DNA from: Spirogloea muscicola
Taxonomy: Eukaryota
Length of the DNA stretch: 49,602 bases
Assembly: GCA_009602725.1 (NCBI GenBank)
Contig: WELB01000030.1
Span: 840,809-890,410 of the forward strand
Reading direction: 5' to 3'
In this document: positions 25,300 to 38,007 of the stretch, in pieces
Numbering within the stretch: the stretch's first letter is position 1
How the letters are laid out: the number at the start of each line of letters is the position of its first letter
Made by a program: the position numbers and the translations under genes
The notes under the pieces: model-generated
Seen by the model: the letters and a program-made list of their open reading frames with translations, nothing else
Told to the model about the DNA's origin: nothing
Databases searched by the model: none

Positions 25300-27783
25300 T
25301 TATTTGCGACGCCGTTTGCTCGTCAACTTGGGGAACTGCAGAGGCACAGCCATAACCGCTCTGTACAAGCCCTTCTCTGACTGGACGTTGCCGTCACCAC
25401 TCAGAGCGGCCCTCCTGACTTTCTCTACGGTGCAGCCCACCTCCTTAAAGAAAGGAATGAGCTCCTTTGGAGTCATCTTCACCTCAGGGGCAATGTCTGC
25501 AGGGTCTACCACGAACAAGTCTGCCTTCAGGGCTACAACAAGGATGTGACAGAGGAGGAGATGCGACTTCTCTTTTGGCCGCCGAAGCGCTGCTTGAGCT
25601 CCATGCTGATCTGCTCTCTCTGTAAATTGTGAAATGAGGAAATCTGCGAAGTCCATTGGTTGATTAAGTACCAGATTGTAAGTGAAGGAGCACATAAGAT
25701 TAGGGTGTTATGACCATCAACCCTTGGACTTGCCTTGAAAGCCCAAAACTTTATACACACGTCTTTTCCAAAAGTTGAAGTCATCGACTCTAGAACTTGC
25801 CTCCAGAGCAAACCGCCGACACAGCAAAAATGGCGAAGACAACACAACACATCACATCAACTCACATAAGCTCACCGAGAACAGATGAGGGAACGTGCAC
25901 CATGGCTGACAGGGCATCCAGGCTTGCCCCAGACAGACTATCAGATGATTCGAGCTTCAGATAAGTTGGTGCATTGTGAAATCGAATGAGATGGCTCAGG
26001 TATATGAGAAGCCGAGCTTGTCGGTCCAAGGTCCCTGTATCCTGCACAGGTGAACCAACCGCTCAAGATCTATGAGCAACGATGCCGGCTCCAAGGCTGG
26101 CACTTCACTGTGCATTTTAAGCAAGGTGAGATTACGTGACACCTGTCAGGTAACAGAAGGCAAGCAAACCAAGTTTGCGGCTCCTGACAAAGCAACTGCA
26201 GTGACTGCAAAAGGAGAGGGCTCTGGCGCTCAGGCAAATAACCACCAATGGTCTGCAGGGTGCCTGCATTACCAACCGCCCAGACTGCACCGTGCAGAAT
26301 AATCTACTGTGGCGGCAGCTAAGGTGAGCCGCCAAGAGGACCTCACCAAAAGTGACAATTTTGTCCATCAAGACCTCTATACTGACAGCAAGGTTGCATT
26401 TATGCAATTCCTGAGATTGTAGCGGTTAGTGCAGGAACTTCGGGGTCTAGATTGGGCCACAATCTGGCTTCATCTTGAACGGTTGCAGTGACAGTGGTTT
26501 GCGTGTCAACTGCAGGTGAGGCGCGAACAAATACCTCGCCCTTGAGTCGATGGACTCGGTCCAGCAGGTATGGCGGGTACGTCCCCAGCCGCCGGAACCG
26601 CTCGGCCTTCTCAGGCTTGTGAGCAGCTGCCACCAGGCCGACGACTTTCAGGCCATCCCAAATGTGATGCGGGATGAGCTGCACACATGCTTGAGCTGAG
26701 CAGGTGAGAAGCGCCTTGAAGAACCACAATAGCCTGCACCCAGAGAGGTGTGTCCAAGTGGCTCTCTTGCCAATGTGCACGCTACTGACTGTGGTCAATT
26801 GAAGGCTCATTGCCGTTGCTCGGCTGACCTGCTGCAAGGGATATGCGTCCTCAGGGCTGGTGGCCTGGAGGTCGTGTGGTGGGATGTTGCGCACAAGCTT
26901 GGCATTCAGTGCTTCCTCCGCCTGCACGCGTGTGAGCAGGCCCTCTGCCTGCACAGCCTCCTGGAGGAGGCCTCCCACAGCCTGCGGGGCGGCGATGGCC
27001 TCACCCGGCACCTTGGCACGCTCCAACGCCTCAGCCTGCACAGAGCTCGTGAGAAAGCAGTCGGTTGGGCATGGCACCCAGCAAGAGCTCGAGCTGGCGA
27101 CGGTGGTGATGGCCACGAGCACCCCCACACGGCACAAACCTGGCGTTTGCTCTTGCTGGAGCCAAAGGAGTCGGTGAGCATGCGGCGCTTGAGGTAGCGC
27201 GTGGCCGCCTCGTTGGCCTCTGCCTCGGCCTCCGCCTCGTCCTGGGGCCCCACGTCGTCCAGGGCGCGGTCGCCGTAGTCCACGCCGCGCACCCGCGGCT
27301 CCATGCGCATCACCTGACTCCGGCGATCGACAGCCGCAACACTCTCAGCAGCTGCAGACGCAGTAAGCACTCTGGAGCCGCCATTGCTGCTCGGGTGCTG
27401 GCAGCCTCAGCTGCAGCGAAGCGATGGCGGACCTTGTCGCCGGCGAGGGGCAGGAGGTCGAGCGTGCGCCGCTGCGCGTCGAAGGCGGCGAGCGCAAGCT
27501 GGCACGGCTGCCACTGCGCCGCATCCCCCCGGAAGTTGCTGCCCACGTAGTCGACGCCGTCGCCGGCACCGCCGCCGCCTCCGCCGGACGGCTCCGCGGC
27601 CTTGGCGACCAGGACGTGCCGCCGGGCCTTCTCGTAGGCGACCACGCGGAGGCCGCCGCCGCCGCCGCCGTCATCGACGCCGCCGTCGGTCCGGCAGACG
27701 CCGGCAAGGGCGCCGGCAGGGAAGTGCGCGGCGTAAGGCAGGGCCTCGCAGGCCTCCGGAGGCGGCGGCGGCGGCGGCGTCAT
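25300..27783 (-). CDS. RPA49: RNA polymerase I subunit A49/PAF53 (RPA49/POLR1E)-like
   Basis: VDYVGSNF, LTDSFGSSKSKRQ, IPPHDLQATSPEDAYPLQQLIP, LLIYLSHLIRF and LLLCHILVVAL..FFKEVGC..AVMAVPLQFPKLTSKRRRK*, which ends in a basic NLS-like tail. Confidence 0.85.
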
Positions 27784-27842
27784 CGGCGGCGGCGGCAGCT
27801 CATCCGCGGAGACTTGGGTGGAGGCCAGGCGGGACTTCGGGA

Positions 27843-27852
27843 TTTAGGGTTT
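27843..27852 (-). promoter_or_regulatory. Telo-box (AAACCCTAAA) ~60 nt upstream of the RPA49 ATG
   Basis: TTTAGGGTTT on the + strand. Telo-boxes are established cis-elements of plant ribosome-biogenesis and translation genes; function here is inferred. Confidence 0.55.
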
Positions 27853-27950
27853 CCTGGTCGAGGGCTCTGGCTCTGTTGAGGGGGTAGATGGGGGTTCAAG
27901 GGTTTTCCTGTCCTTCTGGTTCTCCTTTGCATTGTTTAGTCTGCACTCGA

Positions 27951-28020
27951 CTCTGCCTGAACAATGTATTGGCTTGAATTGGCCTCCCTTTCAATTCATG
28001 CGCCCCGCGCGCCTTCTCTC
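27951..28020 (+). repeat. Dispersed core repeat, forward copy
   Basis: CTCTGCCTGAACAATGTATTGGCTTGAATTGGCCTCCCTTTCAATTCATGCGCCCCGCGCGCCTTCTCTC. Confidence 0.9.
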
Positions 28021-28931
28021 TTCTCGGTTCGAGGTTTCGAGTGCTGGCGGATCCTTGCCCCCGTCCTGGTCCGGACAAGAGAGGAGGAAAGTTGCGTGTC
28101 TTGAAATAATCGAAGGCCAAAGTGGCTGAGTACATGGCAAGCACATCTGATGAAGAACATTGATATCACAGGAGCACCACGCGTGCCACTCTGCTCGACC
28201 GATGCTGGTCGGTTGTGGGAGCAGCAGCTCAAGCATCTCAAAGCAGCTCGCCCCGTGGCAAAACAGTCACTGAAGACTGTTGCCGACAAGGTGGGAAGTT
28301 GTCACTGGGACGAGATAGTAAGCAGGCAGGGCCCCCCCATGTAAGCTGCAAGGGATGCAAGGGAGGTAAGTGTTGGAGGGCCACAACGGCCATGCACGAA
28401 AGGCAAGCCCATCTACGGAGCCCACCTACGGATGTAAACGACCAGCTGCTATGCTTACCCGCTCAGTAAGCACGGGGCAGCACTTAGAGACTGCTAGTGG
28501 ATGCCCAAATACCAGACGGCCAAGTCTGAGCCCCTCTGCCACCAATTAGAGTCTACACAGCTATCCGGTGTAAAGCATGAGCCTGAGCTCGCTGCAGACA
28601 GGCCAACACGCACTGACGCAAGAATGACAGATTAGTGTGCTCATCATGGCCAGAAGCACAGCCTCACAACGTGCATGTCCTAGGACAGCTTTACTTCTGA
28701 GCAACCAAGTGATTGAGGGCCTATCCAATCGTAAGTGTCGACTGCGGCTCGTAAAAAAGGTTATCACTGCGGGGGTACTTGAAGTAGTGCTGCAACTATT
28801 TTCTTCCCTGCACTAGTACCCATTGCGTGGCCAGCAATCCAAGTCGACGCTCGATCTTAAGATCGCCTCCGTGACAACCACGTCGACCAAGGCAGGTGGT
28901 ACTCCGCCGAAATGTAAAGTCGAGTCGTTTA

Positions 28932-29671
28932 AGAGGGAAGGCGCGCGGTGCGCATGGAATTGAAAGGGAGGCCAATTCTAGCCTTACAAATGTCCTGGTA
29001 ACTGGGTAATGAGCTGGCTAAGGGGGATAAGATAGAGAAGGCGTGAGGTGCTTTTGGGGTGGTGACGACGTTCCTGGGTGTAGTGATGGTCACGAAGTCG
29101 TACCTGCAAGATTGCACAGCAGCCGGCAGGGAGGCGCGCGCTGCGCACATAAGGTAACCAAGGCCAAATCCAGCCAGTATACTGTCCAGGCAAAGAGAGA
29201 AGGCGCGCGGAGCGCATGAAATGGAAGGGAGGCCAATGCAAGCAAAGAACGGGGCAAGAACGGTGCTCAACGAAAGAAGAAGAATGGGCTTGCCCATTGA
29301 GGATATGGGCTGGAACGAAAGGGAGCCCTCCCTCTGCGCTGCGCTGAGATGATTGAGCGGCAGCCGGCTGAGGGGGTGCGGCGCCGCCACGGGGGTGGCA
29401 CGTGGCCGGGGGCGGGAGCCAATTGGGCCCCGTCCGGGCGGCCACCCGAAGCAACTGGCGCTGCAAGGCGGCGCCGCCGCCGTCTCCCGCCGCTTGCTTC
29501 CCCGCGGCGGCCCGGCCCAGCGACCCTTCACGACTCTCACGCTTTCACTCCTTACATTCATGCGCCCCGCGCGCCTTCTCTCTTAGTAGCCTTTCACTAG
29601 CCTCTGCTTTGAACAATGTATTGGCTTGAATAAGCCTCCCTTTCAATTTCATGCGCACCGCGCGCCTTCTC
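28932..29671. repeat. Cluster of 5 core-repeat copies in inverted arrangement (3 reverse, then 2 forward) around a GC-rich centre
   Basis: Reverse copies lie at 28933-28984, ~29128-29195 (degenerate) and 29196-29245. Forward copies lie at ~29551-29582 (partial) and ~29602-29671. Confidence 0.85.
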
Positions 29672-29866
29672 GATTACAAAGAGTGCCGGCTCACTGTTAG
29701 CCTCCCTTTCATTCCATCAAGTTCTTCGTTCGGTATTCAGCCGCTCCGGCCCCTCCAGCAGCCTGTACTCGTCGCAGAAGCACAGCCGCCCCTCCTCGCG
29801 CCCGCGCCGCCCGCCGCCCCGCCTCCTGCACTCCGCCCCCCCGCCGCCACCACCCGCGCCGCCGGC

Positions 29867-32800
29867 ATGGAGGTGCGTTCGCACGCCGGCGTCCGCCCTT
29901 CCTAGCTGCTCCGCCGCTTCCATCCGCAGCACTCCTCACTGCGTGCCGTGCCTCCTGACCAGGCTGTGGCCACGAGCTGCGGTGCGCTCTCGCCGGCCGC
30001 CAAGGTGCCCCGCCAGCTTGCCCGCCATCTGGCCTGCCACCTCCGACTCACTTGCCGCTTCCGGTGTGGATCCACGCACCAGCTCGCGCAGCCTCTGAGC
30101 ACAGGTTGCTGACATTGCGGCAATCTTTCCCATGATTCAGCTCCATCGTGGTATTCCAGCGCTCGAGCCCTCGGGAATCGCCGATCTTCGCAAGTGTCCA
30201 GCACGGGGCGTGGCTCGCAGGTCCTTGCAAGCCTCTCCCGTTGCTGTTGCTGCACCTGCCGTGAGGGAGGTCACTCAACACCCCAAGCTCAAGCTCGGCG
30301 AGACCCTCAAGGTCGGCGTTCTTGGAGCTAGTGGATACACTGGCGCAGAAGTGAGTGTCATCACCTTTTACTTTCGCAATGCAGTGGGAGTCCTGGAGCG
30401 ATAGCTAGCCGAGAGCTCCTAAGGACAGCTATCCTAGTAGCAGACAGCTCAGGTGCTCATGGATAAGTGCAGAGGCTCCTGCCATGAGACAGCTGAGAGT
30501 CAGTCTCCTTTGAGACGCAGATTGTGCGATTGCTGGCTACGCATCCCTTTTTCAACGTCTCTTTGATGACGGCCGATCGGAAGGCTGGCCAGTCCTTATC
30601 TTCCGTCTTCCCTCACATTACCAATCAGGTGGATGAGCTGATCCCTAGCTGACCTCTCCTACTTGCATCAGTGGAGCGCTTTCACCATTGAGAAGCCTGC
30701 TCTAGCGCTTCTTATGACTCATCTATTTTGAGAGCGTGCACAAGGGACTTGCACTGACACAATTCACAGCATACTGCTGTGAATCGTGGCATGTAACAGG
30801 ATTTGCCTGACCTTGTAGCGGTGAAGGATGCCGATTTTGACAGTGTAGACGCAGTATTTTGTTGCCTGCCGCATGGCACTACACAGGTGTGTCCTTAATT
30901 AGCCGTACTCGACCACATTGCAAATCGAGTGATGGCAGTGGCAGCAGTCAAATATGCATCCGCATGCGCCAAGGCTTTGAGGCAAATAGTGGTCAATGTC
31001 TTATGTCATAACAGAAGTTCTACGAGCGTCTTGCCCTTCAAGTGGGCAACATTCCTGCTTTGTCTAGGGGGAGTATTTAGGTCATCAGCATGCTGTAGCC
31101 CTTCCAAGGGAGAGGCTGATACTGCAACTTGTTGACACTATTGTCATTACAGGATATCATTGCAGCACTGCCCAAGAAGCTGAAAATCGTTGACTTGTCT
31201 GCGGTACGTCCGTAGACAATACAATCTCGACAGATTTCCCCTTATACATAGTATTGACCACATCAGAGGCACAGCGTGCTTTTGAGAACCAAGTCCTGGG
31301 AAACCAAGCAAAAGTTAGCTTGTTCAACAGTCACCAAATTGACTTGACAAATGCTTATATTTCCAGTAGACCCCTGGCAGACCGCATGCAGCCCATTTCT
31401 GCACGTTGACCTACATGATCTTGCCCTCACAGGACTTCAGGCTCAAGAATATCCAAGAATATGCTGAGTGGTACGGACATGATCACCGTGCAGCAGACCT
31501 GCAGGTAAGGCAGCATCTCGCTTCACAAGCCATTTGCCAATGCACACAGCCTCTCTTTTTCCCTGGATAGGTCAGTGGGTAAAGGATGAGCTCTCGTCTG
31601 AGAGTGGCTACCATGCCACTATTTTCCAGGTCAGAAGTTGCTCTCTTCATATGTCTTGACACTCTGCAACCACCTCAGTCTCCTCGATGCATCTATCTCA
31701 GCTCATGACAGCGAACACCTTGTGCACTGATATTCGATCGCAGAAGGAAGCCGTGTATGGGTTGACAGAAGTCTACCGTGACGACATTCGGGATGCTCGC
31801 TTGGTAAGACCTTGGCATTTGTTTGTAGATGCATCTGTACATGCATCTGGAGCAGTTTTGGAGCAAATGCTGGTTTCTTCTTGATTCTGTTGCATCATTC
31901 TCTGGATCACTTGCTGACTAAGCTCAGTGGGCAAGCATAAAACAGCACCTCAACGCTGACTATGCACCAATTCATTGTGAGATTTTTGTGCAGGTGGCAA
32001 ATCCAGGGTGTTATCCCACATCGATACAGCTGCCCCTGATACCCCTCATCAAGGTTCTTACCAGCTTTGTCTTATTGGCACTCTCGCCTCATCCTCACCC
32101 TTCTTGAGCTTGACAATGACGTTGGTCCGTCTGGTGCACACGTACGAGCAGACCAGTAACACGAAAATTTCTCTGATCACAGGGTGGCCTTATAGAGACA
32201 GAGCAAATCATTGCAGACGCCAAGTCTGGCGTCAGCGGTGCAGGTGCGCCTCAGAGATGGCTTCAGGTTGTAGCTTGAGGTCCTGTCTTGACTGCAGTAA
32301 GCTGCGAGTGCTTGCCTGGTCGAATATTTTACATTCAAACTTTAAGACCCTTGACCTTAAAGACCCCTCATGTGCAAGGTCCTGCGTGTCTAGAGATGTG
32401 GCCCTTTGTCCATACAGTCAACCACCTAATTGCAGGTTGTGTGTTTGTACGTGGGTCCTTGATGCTGTGAATAGGTCGATCTGCAAAGGAGGCGAACTTG
32501 TACACTGAAATAGCAGAGGGCATCAATGCTTATGGGGTTGGGAGCCATCGACACAGTGAGTGTAGAGACCCTGCCAGTGCATAATCAGAGCAGCCAGTGT
32601 CACCGAAGGATGTGACATCCCCTAACCCTAATTGATCTCGTATATGTGGACCAGTGCCAGAGATTGAGCAGGGGCTCTCTGAGGCTGCTGGCTCCAGAGT
32701 AATGATCAGCTTCACCCCTCACTTGATGCCCATGGTGAGTTTCTCAAGGTTCTTGCAAATTTTGGCTTCAGGGATCTCCCCTCCTAGTGGGAACCACTTG

Positions 32801-33612
32801 CAGGAAATATCAGCTCTTAGCCGGAGGTAAAAGTTGGTTCGAATTGATACATCCTTGCAACACCCTTCAAGGTACATAAATGCTATGTTCACTGCTTTGA
32901 TCTTGCAGAGCCGAGGTATGCAATCAACAATCTATGTACAAATGAAGCCGGGTGTCACGGTTGACGACCTTCACAACCACCTCACTAGTGCTTACCATGT
33001 AATTGACTCATCGACCTCAACTTGGAGGGCTTACTGACCCCAAGTCAACACCTGGCATGACTAGTCAACTTCAAGGCTGTGACATGTTCACTTATGACTA
33101 CATGAGCTGACTACATACCCCTGGGATGGTTCCAGGATGAGGAGTTTGTGCATGTACTCCCCAAAGGCAGCGTCCCTCATACACGCAACGTGCGCGGCTC
33201 CAACTACGTCATCATGAATGTTTTTGCTGACAGACTGCCTGGAAGGGCTATTGTCATTTGTGCCGTAAGTTGCAAAAAGTGCTCAATTCTCTTTGATGCT
33301 AGACTGCTGAGTAATTGAAAGTCATGTGCCAGCTGTGAGGTACAGTTGTAAATAGCAAGAGTGCTTCCCAGTGAGATTGATATCGTTAGGAAGTGTTCAC
33401 TCATAAGCAGGTAATTACTTGATTCAATCTCAATAAGTTTGCCCTGCAGCATCTGGCAGGCCCTAGCCAAGCACGCTGATCACATGCTGCGCTTGTTGCT
33501 GCAGATCGATAACCTGGTGAAAGGAGCTTCAGGCCAGGCCCTTCAGAACCTGAACCTCATGATGGGTGCACCAGAGGACTGTGGACTCCTTCAGCAGCCC
33601 ATGTTCCCCTAG
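29867..33612 (+). CDS. argC: N-acetyl-gamma-glutamyl-phosphate reductase, plastid (arginine biosynthesis)
   Basis: [41 protein letters not shown], catalytic [37 protein letters not shown] and [23 protein letters not shown]. The start exon (ATG GAG|GT at 29867) and transit-peptide exons are less certain. Confidence 0.93.
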
Positions 33613-34289
33613 ATAAGCAGATCTGTAAGTGAGGTGCATGCCACTGCGGCGTGGTCATGCTACACAGGCACATGCTGAATGAATTAATCAACCTGGGCCC
33701 TATGCTGAACTTCAGATTGAGTACTATTGTGCCCTCTTCTGGTATGCTTCTATGCATGCTCATACGAGGGCCCTCGCATCAGCAGTGGAGCTAATATTCT
33801 CCACGGTTGCTAAGATTCGGTCTGCTCGTCCACTTTGCCCAGATGTTATGGAGCTCTGGGAGTCCGCACGTCACCTTGATTCGCCAGACATGCATCATGT
33901 GAGAGCTGCAAAGGTGGCCTGCAAAGATGGATGCAGGGAGGACAACTTCGGTGTGTGAATAGCATGCAAGCTCAGGTTGAGCTTGAGCCACTAGGACCTG
34001 AGCCATTAGGACCTTGTGCCAATGGGGATTTGGTTTCTCCACATTTTGAGAATCTGTGAAGTCCTTGACGGGGTTCGTGCGATCATGCTTTCGTGGTTGA
34101 GGTTGCAAATGTGTTGTAATCTCAAGCGCAGATGAGGGCTAGCATGAATGATAAATAATAGTGAGCAATCTGAACCTGTACAAAAAGTGCCAGGCCGTTG
34201 ATGTCAAAGTTTGGCCGTGCATAGTACCTGTTTAATGGAGTCAATCGGACTTGTGCAAAGAATTTGGTGACACGTTTCCACCTGCCCAC

Positions 34290-37200
34290 TCAAGATGCAG
34301 AGGGGGCTACTTCTTGGAGAGCATTGCCTTCCACCTTGCTGATGCCAACCTTAGCAAGCACCCGCCGGGTAGCCTCCGCTCTGGTTGCTCACAGTGGATG
34401 CGCAAGAACGCTATGAGCAACTCTTACAACTCACCTCTCACGCACATGCTAATCGAACAGCATGGTATTTTTACTCAAACTGCCGCATCTTGATTGCTGT
34501 GCTTCATGATCATAGTGTTGCGAGGGGAATACCTGCAAGCCAGGCGAATGGCATCCCTGTCCAGTATTCCTATGACGAGCTTCAAGTCATCGCTGGCGCC
34601 GCTGTCTATCACCGGAAGCTGCCTGAGACCACGGGGCACCATCAGGCGCTGGGCTGATTGGAGCGTCATGCTGGGGCTCGCGGTCACCAGGTTCTTTCCG
34701 GTGCTGCAGATGGATGAGACCAACATGCTCTCGACCTGCACAATGAGCAGCTAGTCAGATGCTTGACCATTTGATCTGTTATACTTCCTTGTGTTGAAGT
34801 ATGATCTGCTGGCATTCCTCTAGATGCGAGGCTACCATTTAGCCACGCATCTAGGTAAAAGTTAGCCACGCATCTAGGTACTTACACTGAAGTTGGTCGA
34901 TCCAACAAGAGGCATGGCGCCACTGGAGGAGGCTAGGACCCTTTCAGCCTCTTGCTGCACGTCAGCAAGCGTGAGCATGCCTTCCAGGGAGCGGCTCGGG
35001 TCGAGCACCAGCACACACCACTCCCGAGCCTCCATCATGATTGCAACGGCCTTGCCAACGGTCGTGGTTGGAGCAACCACAGCATACCTGCATACAAATG
35101 CCCGCGCACTCACTACGAACTCAAGTGAGAGGCGAATCTTGACATCTGAAGTCAAAAACCTCTGCTTTCACCAGCAGGGAGCACAAAAGCTTCAAGGCAG
35201 GGAGGCCAACGACTTGAACCGCCAAAGAGCCTAGAATTTGCTGCAAGGGCCACCTCACTTGCCTGGTTCGCATCGCAGCGGCAACAGGAAGCTCCATCAT
35301 GAGCTCCTCCTCAGTGATTTCCATGTCCACCAGGCACAGCGACGAGTCAATCATACAGAGTCCATCCTCGCTGGGCTCCGATTGGTATGTCTGAGCCAGC
35401 AGGCCGCCGTCCTGGCCACCATCCTGGGGCTGTAAAGTCCACTGACCACTGTCCAGACCAAGCCCTACGCCGATCTGAAGACCCGGCCCCGTAGGAATGC
35501 CGTCAATTCTCAGCAGCACGCTCTGGCTGTCAGTGCCCTTCATGCGCTCCTCGCTCTCCTCAGCTGCAGTAAGCAGAGCTGCGGGAGCTGGTGCAGCAGC
35601 TGCCAGAGCCCGCTGTCCACCCAGCGGCGGGAGCTGGGACAACTTGCGTTTTTGCTGCATTTGCTTGGCAGCATCTGACGCCGCAACCCAGGCTGAGATG
35701 CCGACGGCGCCCATAAGGGGCAGTATAATGCGGTAGTCCCGCGTCAGCTCAAAGAGTAGCAGCACCGCAGTCAGCGGGACTTGGCACACGCCTGCAAGCG
35801 TGGCGGCCATCCCCACCTGGCACCACCTCCATGCAGGCAGTAAGCAGAGTATGCAGAGTACCATTGCATTGCTGGCACCAGGTGCATCATATAAGGTCTA
35901 CCATCTCATCAAAGCTCAACTACAGAGCAAGGAAAGGCAACGTAGACTCGCAAGCTGCAGGCCAGAAGCCGAGCAGGACATAAGGAGAGGAGCTGGGTAG
36001 AACCACACGAGTGCGTAAGCTTGCGGGGTGGCGACGGAGCTGGAGAGGAGGGGGAGGTGGAGGCTGGGGCCGACATGCACGTCCACCCAGTCCACAGAGT
36101 AGCTTGCAAGCTTGCCGTATGCGGAACCCAGAGCGGCCCCAATGAATAGGGAGGGAGGTAGACGCCACCCACGAGGCCGGACCCCCGGCACACGGCAGTC
36201 GCAATGACCTGCATCGTCGCGCATGCTCGTGATTACTGATATCTAGGAAAAGTCGACTGCAGATCTGACATGCTGGAGATAGTGAACAACAAAGGGCGAA
36301 CCTTGGCACCGACGAGCTGCAGGAGGAGGAGTGCCGTGGGGGCCGGATGAAAGAATGTACGCGACTCCAGGAGCACGTCCACATTAGCAAAGCCCCAGTA
36401 CAGAACCTCCGGATAGGCCAGGGCGATGATGCCGACAGACAGGCCGCCCAGCGGCGGCAGCAATGCCAAGGGCACACCCGTTGTAACACGGAGCCAGGCG
36501 AAGGCTTGGGTGGACGCTGTTGAGCTCCTGGTCAGAGCGATGGAGACACCACCGCACAGTACCCCCAGCAGCAGGTACAATGGCAGCTCTGCCAACCAAT
36601 GTCACATGGCTGGGAAGGGGCTGTCAGCTCCTGAGCACTCACAGCAGTGCCCATGCATGTAAATGTCTCGAGCTTCGGGCATGAGGCTGGACCTGCACCT
36701 GCAGGGGAGCGGAACTCATAGAGAGGGATGCGGAAGGCCGGGTCAGCGCCGAGGCCCGCCTGGGAGACGACAGATGCCAGCACGGAGCTGAGTAGCATCA
36801 TGGCCGTGGTTAGCGATGGCGCCGTGTCCGCCTGCGACGGCCGCAGCACTGACTCGACTGCGAAGAAGCATCCCGCCACAGCCGCATTGAAGCCTGCTCG
36901 CACAAGCTCAATGATCAGTTGCTGCGCAGGGCGTCGCCAGCGTTGCACAGCACCCAGGCATAGCAGTAGAGCGCGCCGGCTTTGGCACCTGACGCGATGC
37001 CCGCGGCTGAGCCGGCGGCGACGAGGGCGAGCTTCCGCTCGCGGCTGTTCTTGAGCACGGCACCGAGGCCGCTGGCAATGGAGGCTCCGATCTCCACGCT
37101 GGGGCCCTCGGGCCCAAGAGAGCTGCCCGTGCCGAGGCTCACAGCCGCAGCCAGCGCCTTGAGCACCGGCCGCGCCGTGACGGTGAGCAGGCGGGCCAGC

Positions 37201-37885
37201 GAGCGCAGGCGGGAAGAGGCCGCGCCGCCGCCCAGCCGGTCGCCGGCCTTCTGCGTGCCGGCCTTGAGGAGCGTGCGGGCCTCGTTGAGGAGGCCCACGG
37301 CGACGCCGCCGGCCGTGGGCACCAGCAGGACGCGCTGCCACGAGGCGGACAGCGGCTGCCGTCGCAGCCATGTAGCGCCGCTCTCCGGCACGCCCGCCCA
37401 CGCCAAGTCGTGCACGCTGTGGACCTGGGCACGCACCGCCCAGCGAAACCCACATAGATGACGGCGTGAGCCGCGGAGCTGCGGCCGCCTGCGGCTGGGA
37501 GGCGGCCATGGCGCAGGTGTGGCGCACCGTGGAGTTGAAGAGGACGACGCCGGCGCCGCCGAGGAGGCCGACGAGGCAGGAGAAGAGGAGGATGAGGCCC
37601 TCGGGCGGCAGCGAGCCGCGCATCCACAGCGCGCGCCGCGCGTAGCCCGTCACCGAGATGCCCTGCCGCCTGCTGCTGCTCCCGGCAGCTCTCGACGCCG
37701 CCTCGCCCTCCGCCGGCGCCTACGCCGGGCGTGGCGAGGCCACCGATGCGCCGCCGCCGGCGTCATCGCCATCATCGGCATCGGCGCTGCCGCGCACGTC
37801 GTCGTCTTCGTCGTCGTCGTCCTCGACGTCGTCATACCCGCCGTGCGGAGAGTGGTAGAAGTAGTGGTCCTCGGAGTCTCCCCGC

Positions 37886-37918
<33 letters not shown>

Positions 37919-38007
37919 GCCCGGTCCTGGGCGCTGCCGCGGCTGCCGACGGCAGGCCTGGCGCGGGCCACGCCGCGGCTGCCGCCGAGGCCCGACGCAG
38001 CCCGAGG
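34290..38007 (-). CDS. CLC-e: CLC chloride channel/transporter, CLC-e-like, with CBS domains; start in gap; 1-nt frameshift at ~36157
   Basis: LGPEGPSVEIG, GFNAAVAGCFFAVESVL, FRSPAELPLYLLLG, PEVLYWGFANVD and GMAATLAGVCQVPLTAVLLLFELTRDY. The CBS region ends GILDRDAIRLACRAEATRR, resembling CLC-e rather than CLC-f. Confidence 0.88.

Noticed and set aside
34840..34880. Short intronic tandem duplications (also ~11357-11387 and ~47230-47273)
   Set aside because: Ordinary slippage-type duplications with no further structure.
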